A DNA stretch of 64,000 nt from Azolla caroliniana (taxonomy: Eukaryota; Plantae; Polypodiophyta). The stretch lies in assembly GCA_043228905.1 (NCBI GenBank), contig JBHGNT010000005.1:13702001-13766000 (forward strand), in the 5' to 3' direction. Both the position numbers and the translations under genes were made by a program. How positions within the stretch are numbered: position 1 is the stretch's first letter; every line of letters starts with the position of its first letter. Of this stretch, positions 47,401-59,283 are shown piece by piece. The notes under the pieces are model-generated. The model did no database searches and had not been told where the DNA came from. It was given only the letters and a program-made list of their open reading frames with translations.

Positions 47401-50400
47401 TCCGAAGCGCTTCATCAAGCCCGTACCTCTCGAGAAGCCATTCTTCGAATTCTCCCCAAGTCCGGCATCCAGCCTGTACCTCGAGCACCTCTGCGTGGAT
47501 GCCCGGTGTCGCCACCCGAGGGAACCCGGCCAGACGCCTATCCTCCGGAATGTCTCTCATCACCATCTCGGCCCGGTAGGCCACCAAATAGCTCGTGGCG
47601 TCTTTCCCACCGAATCGGCCTATCATGCCAACAATTGCTTCAATGGCCCTGTCGAGGGCGCTTGTGCCCTCGTGAGCACTTACTATCTAATCAACCGCTG
47701 CCGCCATGACTTTGGCGAGCTCCGATCCCCTCATCTTCAACTCCTCTACCGCCTGGTTTCACGTTGGGTTCACCAAATATGTCACGTTATTACGCGTGCG
47801 TGTGTGAATTAAGGCGGGACCGCGGGGGCCCTAAACCGAGGAGCAAGAGAGACAAGGGAAGTGAGGAACGCGACAGTGCGAGGGCTGCTAGACCTATCAG
47901 CAACCGACAACACTTACCGGTTGATTGGACCACCAACGCGTATACTGACTCAATCACAGAGCACACTCGAGAGAGATGAAAGAAGAGACTCTCTGAACAC
48001 AGATAACACGGGTCGGCGGAAACAAGAGATTCTATTACAATAACAATGGCAATTACAATGGTTGCAACCCTGTAGAGAATGATTACAGAGCAACAGAGAG
48101 CTCGGTTCCCAGTCCGACAACACCTCCTCCTTCCCTCCCAAAATGTAATACCCTTCTCCTATTCCCCTTCCCTTTTATAGGTCGCCGAGGAGGCCACTAC
48201 ATAAAAACATGTCAACATTATTCTCTGTCCCTTCGGACAGAGATACGCATCGATTTCCTAATTAATAAATATGTCACACCTAGTATATTTACATCAACCA
48301 TCCTATTCCTAGTTATGTACAATGTATCAATTTGCGCACACTCATGCAAGGGCGGGTTCACTCCTTTAATTCCTTGATTCCTCTTCAGGTCGGTTTTCTT
48401 CACGACACCGTTTGACGGGGTTCTTCTGGCGGGTCGATTGGCACAATTCTGCTCTACCGATTTCTTCATCTGACTAGTCATGCTGACTCCGTCGCTTATT
48501 CAGCCCACCTAGCCTGAATGAGGTCGGACTCTCATCCAGAGTACCGAATTCTTCTTCATCTTCTACCCAGATCATTTCGGGCTCACTAGCCTCATCCTCC
48601 GGAATTGGGTCGGAGTCGAACATCGGAGCCGGTAGAGACTACCATGATGCCGACTCATCAAATTCGACGTCTCGGCTCACTCGAACTTGTTTTGTTCAGA
48701 GGTTATAGCACTTATACCCCTTTTGCTCATGTGAGTAGCTAACAAGGATACACTTCTCCGAGTTCGAATCCAGCACATGCACATAAGCAATGCTACCGAA
48801 TATCCTAAGGTGCCTTAAATTCGGCTTCCATTCAAAATATAGCTCGTGTGCTCACACCCATCCCCGATCCGGTTTTGGATGTACAGGATCGTCCATACTG
48901 CTTCGGTCCAATAGAACTTGGGCATGCTCTTCTCCTCCAGCATTGCCCGTGCCGCCTCCACAATTGACCGGTTCTTCCTTTTGGCCATACAGTTTTGTTC
49001 CAGTGTGTATCTACAACTAAATTCTCTCCGAATTCCCATTTGTTACATATTGTTGTTGAATTGGCCACAAAAGTAATCCTTTCCGCCATCCAACCGCTGA
49101 CACTTGATCTTCCTCTCCGTTTCCCGTTCTACAAGACTTTGCAGGTTCTAGAACCAGTTGAAAACTTTGGTTTTCCTTTAGATTAGGTAGATCCATGTGT
49201 GTTGATTATCGTCGTCAATGAAGGAGATGAAATATCGGCTGTCACCAAGACTAATGTTCTATGTCAGCCCCCATACATCCGAATGTATTAGATCGAGCTT
49301 GTTACGGCTCTGGTTTCTTTCGGTGGGAACGGAAGTCATTGTTGCTTTTCGAGCAGGCAGGCTTCACATATTTTGGCCTTCCGGCCACTGAATTTCAGCA
49401 ATACAAAAACAACATCTTTCGATTGCAGGTCTTGAAGCTTGCGGTAATTGGCGTGGATGATCCGCTTGTGCCATAGATTGATATCCGACTAGATCTTCTG
49501 ACCCTTTGCAAACAAGGCAGTGCCTACGTCGTTGGTGTTGAGAATGAACATCCTCCCATCCCGACGCCCTTGCGCAATAATCTGGCACTCTTCTTCAATG
49601 AAACACCCGAGTTGCGTAAACCGCACCTGCATCCCCTAGTCGACGATCTGGCCGACCAACACGAGCTTCTTTCTGATTGTCGGAACATGTAGTACGTTCA
49701 TCAACTTTCCCTTTTGTCCAACATGGCTTAAAGGGACTTCTCCGATATGCACAATCGGGTGAGGAGTGTCGTCTCCGGTTTTGACAACTCCTGGTTGCTC
49801 CAGCTTTCTCAAAAATGAGAACCACTCTTCGTGGCTCGTCATGTCATTTGATGCTCCGGAATCAACGTACCATACTTCCACCGATCCGGAAGTGGTCTTC
49901 TTCATTGAGTTCACCTTGTGCTTCATCACGAAGGTTGGCCCTTTTCGAGTCTTACCGGTTCCGGATCCTTCAGCGTAGTGTGAGCTTTGCCGGTTCCCTT
50001 GTCCAGTCTTGCCGGATCTGGATTTATTTGAATTGGCGTGCTTCTTTCAGCACTCCCCTTGCTTCTGGAGGGTCCGGAACTGTTGTCGGCACTATCTCCA
50101 TGCCTCCGATTCTACTCTTTCCAGCTGCTTCCATTGTGTGCCGACCCACCTCGTCCTCCACACCCACGGGGCCAATGCATCTGGTTGTCCGATTGAGTGG
50201 TCCTTGACCCACTCACGTGGTTTTCGTTCACCATGAGCATCGATTGCAGGTTGAAGAAAGACAATGGCTTCTCCCAGGTGCAAATTGTCGTTCGGATTGG
50301 CCTGTACCAATGTGCTAGACCACCGAGGCAGATCTGGACCATCTCGTCTACGTCCACCATCACGTTGATGGACACGAGTGCATCGCAGATCTCCTTGATT

Positions 50401-50510
50401 TTGGTGGTGTAGCCGGTGAACAACATGTCCCTTTGCTGAATGTTGTTGAGCTCTTGCCGGAGCTGCAACTTTCGGGCTGTGGTACTTGCGGCGAAAATCT
50501 TCATAGAGAA
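41450..50510 (-). mobile_element. copia C1 internal region (RT 41450-42160; IN/PR/gag 48412-50510) interrupted by a Ty3
   Basis: [15 protein letters not shown]; KNPVKRYG is restored across the insert; WYVDSGASND; RKLQLRQELNNIQQ. Confidence 0.85.
42161..48407 (-). mobile_element. Ty3/gypsy element, tRNA-Trp PBS group, degenerate
   Basis: LTRs 42161-42884 and 47780-48407; 4-bp TSD CCGT; PBS TGGTGAACCCAACGTGA ~47759-47775; PPT GGTGGGGGTGGA; gag 47189-47626, PR ~46400-46880, RT (PFLDD), RH (IDTSPTG), IN (RRWFGPY). Confidence 0.9.
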
Positions 50511-50512
50511 TA

Positions 50513-53010
50513 TGTGGAATATTGTTCGGCCACAACCGGTCTTAGAATCAATCACAGAAAGATGGGAATAGGAAGAAATGCACGTATACACACAAACAAT
50601 AGAGCAAGATAAAGTACACAGGATGTTTACGTGGAAAACCCTAAACAGGAAAAAGCACGGGAGCCCACTAGCTCCAAACTATCAATATGTCTAGAAGAAT
50701 ATAGTAGGAGGAGCACAGAGGCAACGACCTCGTGCTCTCAATCTTCGCCAACAGGCGGTTACAACAGAGACTGTTCAAGTCTCTCTCTCTCTCTCTCTCT
50801 CTTAGTTACGCTTTGTACAACAGTTACACCAAATATATGACTAACCGCATAAAGTGTTTGCCCTAGGTCATATTTATACTAATATGACTTTAGCACTATT
50901 TACAAATATAACCCCAATGGGCTCTCAGAAACATATTTACATATATGTCCATTCATCCGGTGAGAGGTTCTCACCGGGCCTGCATCATCCGGTTCTCACC
51001 GAGTCTTCCGTTGTCGGGTACTTGTATCCCATCCGGAGGGACCGGAATCCTAACAAACTCCCCCTTCACTCCGGCATGGGATGCTTCGTCAATGCGATCC
51101 TTTTCCTGTATGCATCTAGCTTGTCGGGTCTCAGCACTTTGGTCACCACTCCGTGTGGATTTTCATTAGCACAAACTCTCGATCTTCTACTCGCTCTCGG
51201 ATCCAGTGGTTCCTCCGATGGATGTGCTTCATCCTGGAATGATACGTCGTGTTCTTTGCAAGATGGATGGCACTTTGACTATCGCAATAGAGCTGGTATT
51301 CCTCTTGTCGGATCCCTAGCTCTTCAATGAAGTCCTTCATCCATAGTACTTCCTTGCCGACTTCCACAACCGCCATGTACTCCACCTCCATAGTTGACAG
51401 TGCAACCGTCTTCTGCAACCTCGATTGCCACGAAACAACTCCCCTTGCATATGTCATAACATATCCCGATGTTGACCGGTTGGTATCCGCATCAACCGAC
51501 ATATCCGAATCGGTGAAACCGTCAAGTTGGGGTTTACCAGAGCCGAATCGGAGAGACATGCTGGAGGTACCTTTCAAGTACTGGAGTATCCATTTTACCG
51601 CATTCCAGTGCTCCTTGCCGGGATTGCTCATAAACTGGCTCACCACTCCAACTGCGTATCTGATATCTGGTCGGGTACACACCATTGTGTACATTAAGCT
51701 CTTGATGGCAGAGGCATATAGTATCTTCATGATGTCCACCTTCTCTACCTTCGTCTTCGGGCTTTGCTCACTGGATAGCTTGCAGTTTGCTGAAAGTGTT
51801 GATCCGACCGGTTTCGCGTGTGACATGTTGAACCACTGAAGCACCTTTGTCACGTATTTCTCCTGTGACAGCCACAATTGCTTCTTTGACCAGTCCCGGA
51901 TGATATGCATCCCCAGTATCTATCTTGCCGGACCCAAGTCTTTCATTGAGAATGTCCGGTTCAGAGCCTTCTTCAGCATTTGTATCTTGTCTTGGTCTCG
52001 TTCGACAATCAACATGTCAATCACGTACAAGAGGAGTATCAAGAAGTTTTCACCTTCGAACTTCTTCACAAATACACAGTGATCGGCCTGCGTCTTGTGG
52101 TACCCTTGATCGGTCATGAAGGAGTCAAACTTCTAGTGCCATTGCTGGGGAGCCTGCTTCAAACCGTAGAGGCTCTTCTTCAACCGGCAAACCAAGTGCT
52201 CCTTCCCTTTCTTCACAAATCCCTTTGATTGCTGCATGTAGATCTCCTCTTTGAGGTCGTCGTGGAGGAATGCCGTCTTCATGTCTAACTACTTTAACTC
52301 GAGGTTCATGCTTGCCGCTATGCTCAACACCGTCCGGATGGAAGTCATCTTTACTACCAGGGAAAATATCTCATCGAAGTCCACTCCCTTCTTCTGCTGG
52401 AACCCTTTCACCACGATCCTGGCTTTGTACCCTGGGGGGTTTCCGGCATCTCCCTGTTTCAGCTTGTACACCCACTTATTCCGGAGTGCCCGCTTTTCTT
52501 TCGGCAACTCCACCAGTTCATACGTGTGGTTCTTATGCAGGGAATCCATCTCGTCCTGCATGGCACTCAACCACTTGCGGCTATGGGTGTCCTCCTTTGC
52601 TTCTTCGAAGCTTTCCGGTTCCCCCTCATCGGTTAGCAACACGCGCTCGGCATCCGGAAATCTCCGAGGGACACTTCTCTCTCCGAGAGGATATATGCGT
52701 CCTTGGCTTTCGGCAACCGGCTCCTCAGTTTGTTCTTCATCCGATTCTGATTCGAGATCATGGCCGGTTCCGGTTTCAGCTTCCTCTTCTTCTTCTTCTG
52801 TCGGTTTAGTATCCTCACTGTAACCGGCCGGTTCCTCGAGTGTCAACCGGCTCTTAGCCGGGTAGGTCCGAAACTCATTGAACCGATCCTTACCAGTCGA
52901 CTCGGAGTTCATTATTTTCTTCTCCGACACCTAGTCGGCAAGGGTCTTGTCCTCCATGAAGATAATCTCTGGACTTCGGAAAACCTTCTTGTCGACCGGA
53001 TCCCACACTT
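50513..53010 (-). mobile_element. copia C2 3' portion: RT-RH, PPT, 3' LTR 50513-51055
   Basis: TGTGG..TAACA LTR; PPT GAAGGGGGAG; RT YKARIVVKGFQQKKGVDFDEIFS; RH YCDSQSAIHLAKN. Confidence 0.85.
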
Positions 53011-53014
53011 AGTA

Positions 53015-54227
53015 GTATCTACCATGCGAAAAACCCCGTGTGCCACGCCTAGACCAAGCACATTGAGGTGCATTACCATTTTGTCCACGAGCGGGTCCTT
53101 TTAGGTGAAGTTGAAGTAGTCTCTGTTCTGACAGATCGGCAGGTTGACGACATCTTCACCAAGCCTCTTCGGCTCGACAAGTTATGGCATTTCTCAGGTG
53201 AGCTAGGGTTGCGTCACCTCGACACGCCGAACTTGAGGGGGAGAAAGGAAGAACAGGAACAAGAGGAGGAAAGGAGCGGAGGTGCTCATCATGACGGAAG
53301 TAACCATGATGCGGAATCAGATGAAGAATTCAATTTCGGGCCAACTAAAGAAGCCAAAGAAAAGAACAAGGGCCATAACCATAGGGAAGAGCCGAGGATA
53401 GCCAAATCAAGGGGAGATACAGCCAAGAAGGCCGTAAAGGCCAAGACCAAGACGTGGTCTGATGTAGTCAAAGGCCTAAAGACAAGAGATGAATTGGAGA
53501 CAGCCAATTCGGATGAGAGCGGACTTGAATCCGAAGTGTTCGATTCAATCGGAATGTTCAATTCGGATACGCTGAATAAACTAAAGGCCAAACGGAGAAA
53601 AGGGCAGCGAAGGACGCACCAACACCGTGACAGCAACGGAGTTGAGAAGGGCCGAACAAGCAGACAAGCCGACCAAAAGGGTCGAAGTGCGCGGAATCAA
53701 ACGGGTCGAGGAGCTTGAGCGAGGCGTGAAGCCAGAAGGAACCGGAGCGTAGATCCGGAAGAGCGGACAGAACCTCAAGTTGAACTTCAGGGGGAACTTC
53801 AGCTCAACATTGGGTGCGTAATACGGCGCGTAACCTAGTGTGTAGACTCGACACGCAAGTTAGTACGCATAACTTGGCCGTGTCAGTGCGTAAACTGAAA
53901 GGCCGTTAGAGAGATATTCCTCGTAAGGAATAATTTTGCGAGTGAGTGTCGAGGGTCATTTATGAGCAGTTAAGTACTATCAGTACTTGTGTCAGCCAGA
54001 TAGTCAGGGCTTGTATTAAAGGTGCTCAATGAGCACGAAGAATGTACAAAGCGTCATTATTTTGAAATAGAATTGAGTTTTTTGCTCTCTCTCTATCTCT
54101 GTCTCTCCATCTCCATCTCCATCTTTGTGTTTTCTGAGTTTTACCGAACTGTCTTATTTCCGAACTGTGTACTCTGTGTTTATGCACACCCTTCCGCACA
54201 CTAATCTTTTACATAGTATTAGAGCGT
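53015..54227 (+). mobile_element. copia C1 3' portion: RH, C-terminal extension, LTR ~53800-54213 followed by a decayed PBS
   Basis: HYHFVHERV..DIFTKPL; ORF 53068-53718; LTR ends TTTTACA, then TAGTATTAGAGCGT (cf. TGGTATCAGAGCGT). Confidence 0.85.
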
Positions 54228-56169
54228 TGTCGCGAAGATTCGCGCGTGCGTGTGCTACTCGAGCGAGCACTGAGGTCTTGGACTAGGGAGGACGTTCACG
54301 GAATTATCGAAGAGATGACGATCAATGTAAGATTGGATGAAATTTGTTCACTTGAGAAGAAGAAAGATTGTACACTTGAGAAGTAGAAAAAATATGAAGA
54401 AGATAAAGACGAATATAATTATATTGATGATAGTGGTGTTGGTGATATCACATATTGAGCCCCCCTTAGACAAGCTCCAATACGGGCTTTTATAGGTCTT
54501 TCCATGCTTGTGACATGCACAAAACCATGGGCTAAAACCATGGATTTGTGTACACGGTTTTGCTTATGTCATGCACAAACCATGGGTTTAGATCCATGGT
54601 TTTGTGCACATGGTTTTCTATGGTTGTTTCGTCTATAATTCGTATATGAAAAGGAAATACATAAAATCTACACTATATGATAGTTGTCCTAGTGGTAACT
54701 TGGCAAAAATCTTGTATCTTAGAGGTGCAAGATTCAAACCTTGCTTGCACCCCTCTGTATGAACACAAGTGCCACTAGGCCTTAGGCTTATTGGTTAAGG
54801 GTATGTGCAATGTTGCACATCCTTGGTTTATTCGTCTCACTCGGTTTCACACCGTAGCCGAAAATCGTCGCGACATCCACTCCCACCAAACCTGCACATC
54901 CTCCGGTATGTGCCGAGAAAGGTGAAGAGGTATGATCTTTGGCAATGGTGATCAACCGAGTTCCTCCGCACGCTCTTTGACATCGTCTGACTTCGTCTTC
55001 CACTTCGAGTATGCCCAATCTTTTCAACCGAACCACCATAGCCACCCGATCCACCATATCTGGCGCTCACACCTTCTTCCCCGGTCAGTTGTAGTTGATC
55101 TACCGAAAGATGTCGTTGATCCGACCGCTCTTCCTTCGTCCACTGTGCGTGTCCTTCGATTGGACTCCTGGCCACTCCTTGCGCTCACTGTCTTCAACTA
55201 GGTATTGTGGATTGTTCGTGTCGATCTCCGATTCGGCTGGGTTTGCCCTTGTCCGGATCGGTCTCCGCCAATCGCTTCTTGGCTCAGTTCGCCTCCTCCT
55301 TGGCTGTCATTTCTTCGTAAGACAAGAAGGTGACTTGTTTCACACCTTCTCTCTCGGTACCATCATACCGAACCTGAGCCTTTGTATCGGCCACATCATT
55401 AACCCGCATTTGTTGGGAGGTCTCTTCTTCCTCGATCACCATTCGCCTCGGTTTTGTCTCCCTTTTAAGCTTTATTTCTTTTGTTGGTGGCACGTTGCTG
55501 CATCTCACCCCTCTTCGATCGTCCCTCATGGGTTGTCTTGTTATCGTCGATATTATCGTGTAGTCAACATACACTTTCCACTTTGCTCCAATCCTCGATG
55601 AGGCCATTTGCATCATCATCTTCATTGAGTTTGAGGCCGATGGCCATCCTTTCCATTCGATCGATTGACTTCACGAACATAAGGACCTTATCGACCCCCA
55701 CCAATCTTTGTTCCCGCTCCGAGAGTTGAGAAAAACGACACTCGAAGTCTACGAATGCTCATTGGTCGAAGTTGTGTCGATCTCGTCCCTTCAGACTCTC
55801 ATAGCCATATTCCTCCAATAGAGCCTTCTCGAAAGTCGCCCACGAATCATGAGCTTCTAGAAGCTCTTTTACATCTTTGAAGATCGGATGAGACAACACC
55901 CGACAAAAGTACTCCAACCTCATAGCTTTGTCCACACCTCTTGAATCCATCTCCACATTGTAGACTTTTAGAAAACTTTGGACTTCGGCGTCGTTGAAAT
56001 AGCTCACTCGATCGACTACCCTCTCGACGGCTTGTTCGGCTTCATTTCGTCTTCTCCCTTCTCTCAGAAACTCCATCATCCTTTTTGACATTGCCTCCAT
56101 GAGATATTCACCATCCATCTTCGTCCTCCTTTGCTGCTCTTCACGTCGGGTTCACCAAATGATGTCGCG
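54228..56169 (-). mobile_element. gag-only non-autonomous Ty3-derived element, 5' LTR truncated to 7 bp
   Basis: 3' LTR 54228-54875 (TGTCG..CGACA); PPT GGTGGGAGTGGA; PBS-Trp 56141-56157; gag piece 55759-56118; shares the CACATCCTCCGGTATGTGCCGA pre-PPT motif with the 6277 element. Confidence 0.85.
54680..54785 (+). promoter_or_regulatory. degenerate tRNA-type A/B-box module in the LTR U3
   Basis: TGTCCTAGTGG 54685-54695, 35 nt, GATTCAAACC 54731-54740 inside a GCAAG/CTTGC stem; a second A-box-like AGGCCTAGTGG on the minus strand at 54782-54772. Confidence 0.5.
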
Positions 56170-58541
56170 CCCTATGTATATTAGAAGAATCCCACGAAGA
56201 ATTCGTCTGGCTAGATTTAACTTGGTGACATCATATAAGCAGATTGGATTTAATGTCAAAACAATATGGTATGCTCGTGGTTGTATGTCTATGATTGGAA
56301 AATCAAAGTTGCGAGAATTAAGGCAATACTATTTTTCGATGACTAGTGATGAGCAAGACACTTACCTCGGGTCACATATGCAACTAGTGTCTGAAAAATG
56401 TACGGGGATCAAAGTATCATTCGAGTATTATATCTTCCATGCGCAACAGATATGTAGAGTTGCATTCAAAATTGTGTTATGTGTTAGTAACATGCGACTA
56501 CATAGAATACAACAACGTCTACTTAACGGGGATCAGATGCTCAATTGTAAAGAGGTTCCAAGTATGAAAGGTGCAATTGGAATACATGCTATTGGTTTGA
56601 TGAAAAGTTACTTTCAGTTAAATTGTGAAGTAATGCCCACTACAGGTAGGATGCACCTCTCTGATAATTACACACGTTGGGAAGTTTATGATGTCTATCA
56701 ATCTGATATGGTGGGCTCACGTAATAAGTCTGTCACATACAGCCAATTCACAAGATTATGGAGAGCTCGGTTTTCAAATGTTATCATTCCACATAAAGTA
56801 CTCATGGGGTATTGCTCCATTTGTGCAAATCTTAAAAGTCTGGCTAAAGGTGCAAAGATATCAATGGAAAAGGACATGAGTAAGAAGTTACTACAGGAGC
56901 ATCATGAGGCACAATCGTTAGAACGAAAGAAGGTGATGCAACATAGAGAGAAGTGTTTGAAGAGGCCCGAACAATACATGTGCTTAATGATAGATGGCAT
57001 GGACCAGAGGAAGACGTGGTTGCCGCATATGCGGAGGCTCCCCAAAGACGTCAATGATGATTGCCTTGTTCAAATGCACTTGGTGGGATGCTTGGCTTAT
57101 AATAGGTCAGTTGGACCTCACATCTTCATTACATACCCCAATGTTCACAATGACCCTAACCTAATAGTTACAGTGATTCACCGAGTTTTGATGTCTTGGG
57201 GCCAACTGTTTCCCCCTATTTTCAATTGGACAATACTTCTAGAGAGAACAAAAATTCAACTGTGTTTGGCTATCTAAGTATGTTGGTCAACCAAGCATTG
57301 TTTAGAAAAGTGAAAGTCAATTTTCTTTTGGTTGACCACACACATGATCATATAGATCAGATGTTTAGCACATTCTCTAGACAGTTGTCTCGGCATGATG
57401 CTTTCACATTACCTAAACTATTTGATGTCATTTGTGATGCATATACACCACACCCAAATTTGTTCCACTTGAAGGACGTATATGACTTTAAGAGATATAT
57501 ATCAGATAGGGGTGTTGGGAATGTTAAAGTGCTCGCCAAGTTAAACAATATAAGTTTCAATCACATTTTATTATAAAGAAAAATGAAATAACTGGTTCTA
57601 CGCTTTTGTATGCCAAAAAATATCAATCTTCTACAACATGGGAACCTGAAGGTGGTTGCCAGTTATTACTTTGTATGCTGAGTACAATTGTCCATGGAGC
57701 TAAACAAATGCCAATTGAGAAGAAAGGACAGTTGCATAGTGACTTGGTATTAGAACAAAAACGGTTATGGCTCCAAGCCTTAGAAGAAAAAAGAAAGGAT
57801 GTATTTTTTAGTGATAAAAAAGGAATTATAGAGAATTATGTATTTGGTGATAATTGGAATTTGGAAACACCATTCACATGGTGGCTACAACATGATCGTG
57901 TAAATAAAACTCCGGAGCAACTAGCAAATGTAATTAATGACAATTTGGTCCATCCACAACAAAGAGACATTTATGTGGGACCAAGGATGACCAAAACAAT
58001 CGAATCTAGATGGCAAGGCAATTTGCAAGAGCTCGCGGCGGGGATGTTGATTGCAACGCCAGCTGATGAGAACTCACATGGCCACCAATTTTGGGTTGGT
58101 AAAATTCTAGAAGTGCTAATGCATGAAATAGAAAATACGATCAAGTCTATAAACGTTCATTCGTACAACACTAGAAGTGCAAATGCTTTTACAGGTAAGT
58201 ATACATTGGAGATGATTGAATGCCCAACAACAAGGCGAGGTAGGAAGAGGAAGCGAAACATTCCTAACACCTCGACCCTTGATATCTCTGATGTTGATAT
58301 CATTGTGTATGACTTCACGCTTACAAAAGCCGGACGATTAAGGAAGTCAACAATAGATATAATAAAAGAAAAATTACCAGGTCTACAAGGTGGCTCGAGT
58401 CGAAGGCAAATGAGATCTGTTACATATAATCTAAAGTCAAACCATTTGGTTTATGACCAACATAATGCATTGATTGGTACATCCGAGGATGACGAGGAGG
58501 AATCGTCATTGTATATTAGATATAGTCGTGATTCTCCGTAA
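56170..58541 (+). pseudogene. Sola1-like DDD transposase (5'-truncated, frameshifted)
   Basis: ICRVAFKIVLCVS..RL; CSIC; catalytic-type motifs IDGMDQ, QLDNTSRENKN, FLLVDHTHDHIDQMFS; pieces 56170-57240, 57196-57576, 57606-58541. Confidence 0.75.
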
Positions 58542-58879
58542 AGGAGTGATCATGAATGTATTTTTGGCTTGTAACAAATCGAGTAATATAAAAGCATGTG
58601 TTTTGAATTCTTATGATTTCTAAACAATCGTTTCTTATAAAATAACATTGGTTGTAAAGTTTGTGATATAAATCGAGAATGTAACTTTTTGAAATTCCTC
58701 TTTTTTTATTTACTTCTAAATTAAGAAAATAGTGGATTTTTAACCTTTTCCATAGTATATTGAACATGTATGATACTAGTATCAATGTGTTTTGTAAAAT
58801 CATTGAAAAAGCCCTAAAATCAACCAAACTATTCCTTATCCTTCCATTTATGCGCGATCCTTCCACTTGTGAACACGAA

Positions 58880-59223
58880 CGTGTTTTGCAATAACAGCGG
58901 CGAAGGGGTGGCATTTACATCAGATGGATGTCAAGAATGCGTTCCTGCAAGGCGAGCTTGAGGAACAGGTGTACATGGTACAACCCCCCGGATTTCTATC
59001 CGAACAAAACACCTCGGCAATTTGCCAACTAAAGAAGTCACTCTATGGATTTAAGCAAGCCTAGAACACGAATATTACGCAACAGTTGCATAGGATGGGG
59101 TTTACGACGTCGAAATTGGACTCTTCACTATTTGTTCGGCAAGGTCCATATGGACCGATAAGTCTTCTACTTTATGTTGATGATTTAGTCATCATCAGTG
59201 CCAACCTGGACAAAATCCACCGC
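58880..59223 (+). mobile_element. copia C1 RT fragment
   Basis: [41 protein letters not shown]. Confidence 0.85.
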
Positions 59224-59283
59224 TGTCGTGAAGAATGTGCTTCACGATATAAAAATGAGCTTAAATGTTGTATTTAATAATAT

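Noticed and set aside
25318-53778. Many 60-230-aa ORFs antisense to copia and gypsy coding regions
   Set aside because: Shadow frames of GC-rich TE coding sequence with no independent motifs.
56099-56169. ATG start of the 392-aa transposase ORF and LTR capture of the transposase
   Set aside because: The first ~24 codons are antisense PBS/gag leader; no second LTR encloses the transposase, so a deletion junction is simpler.
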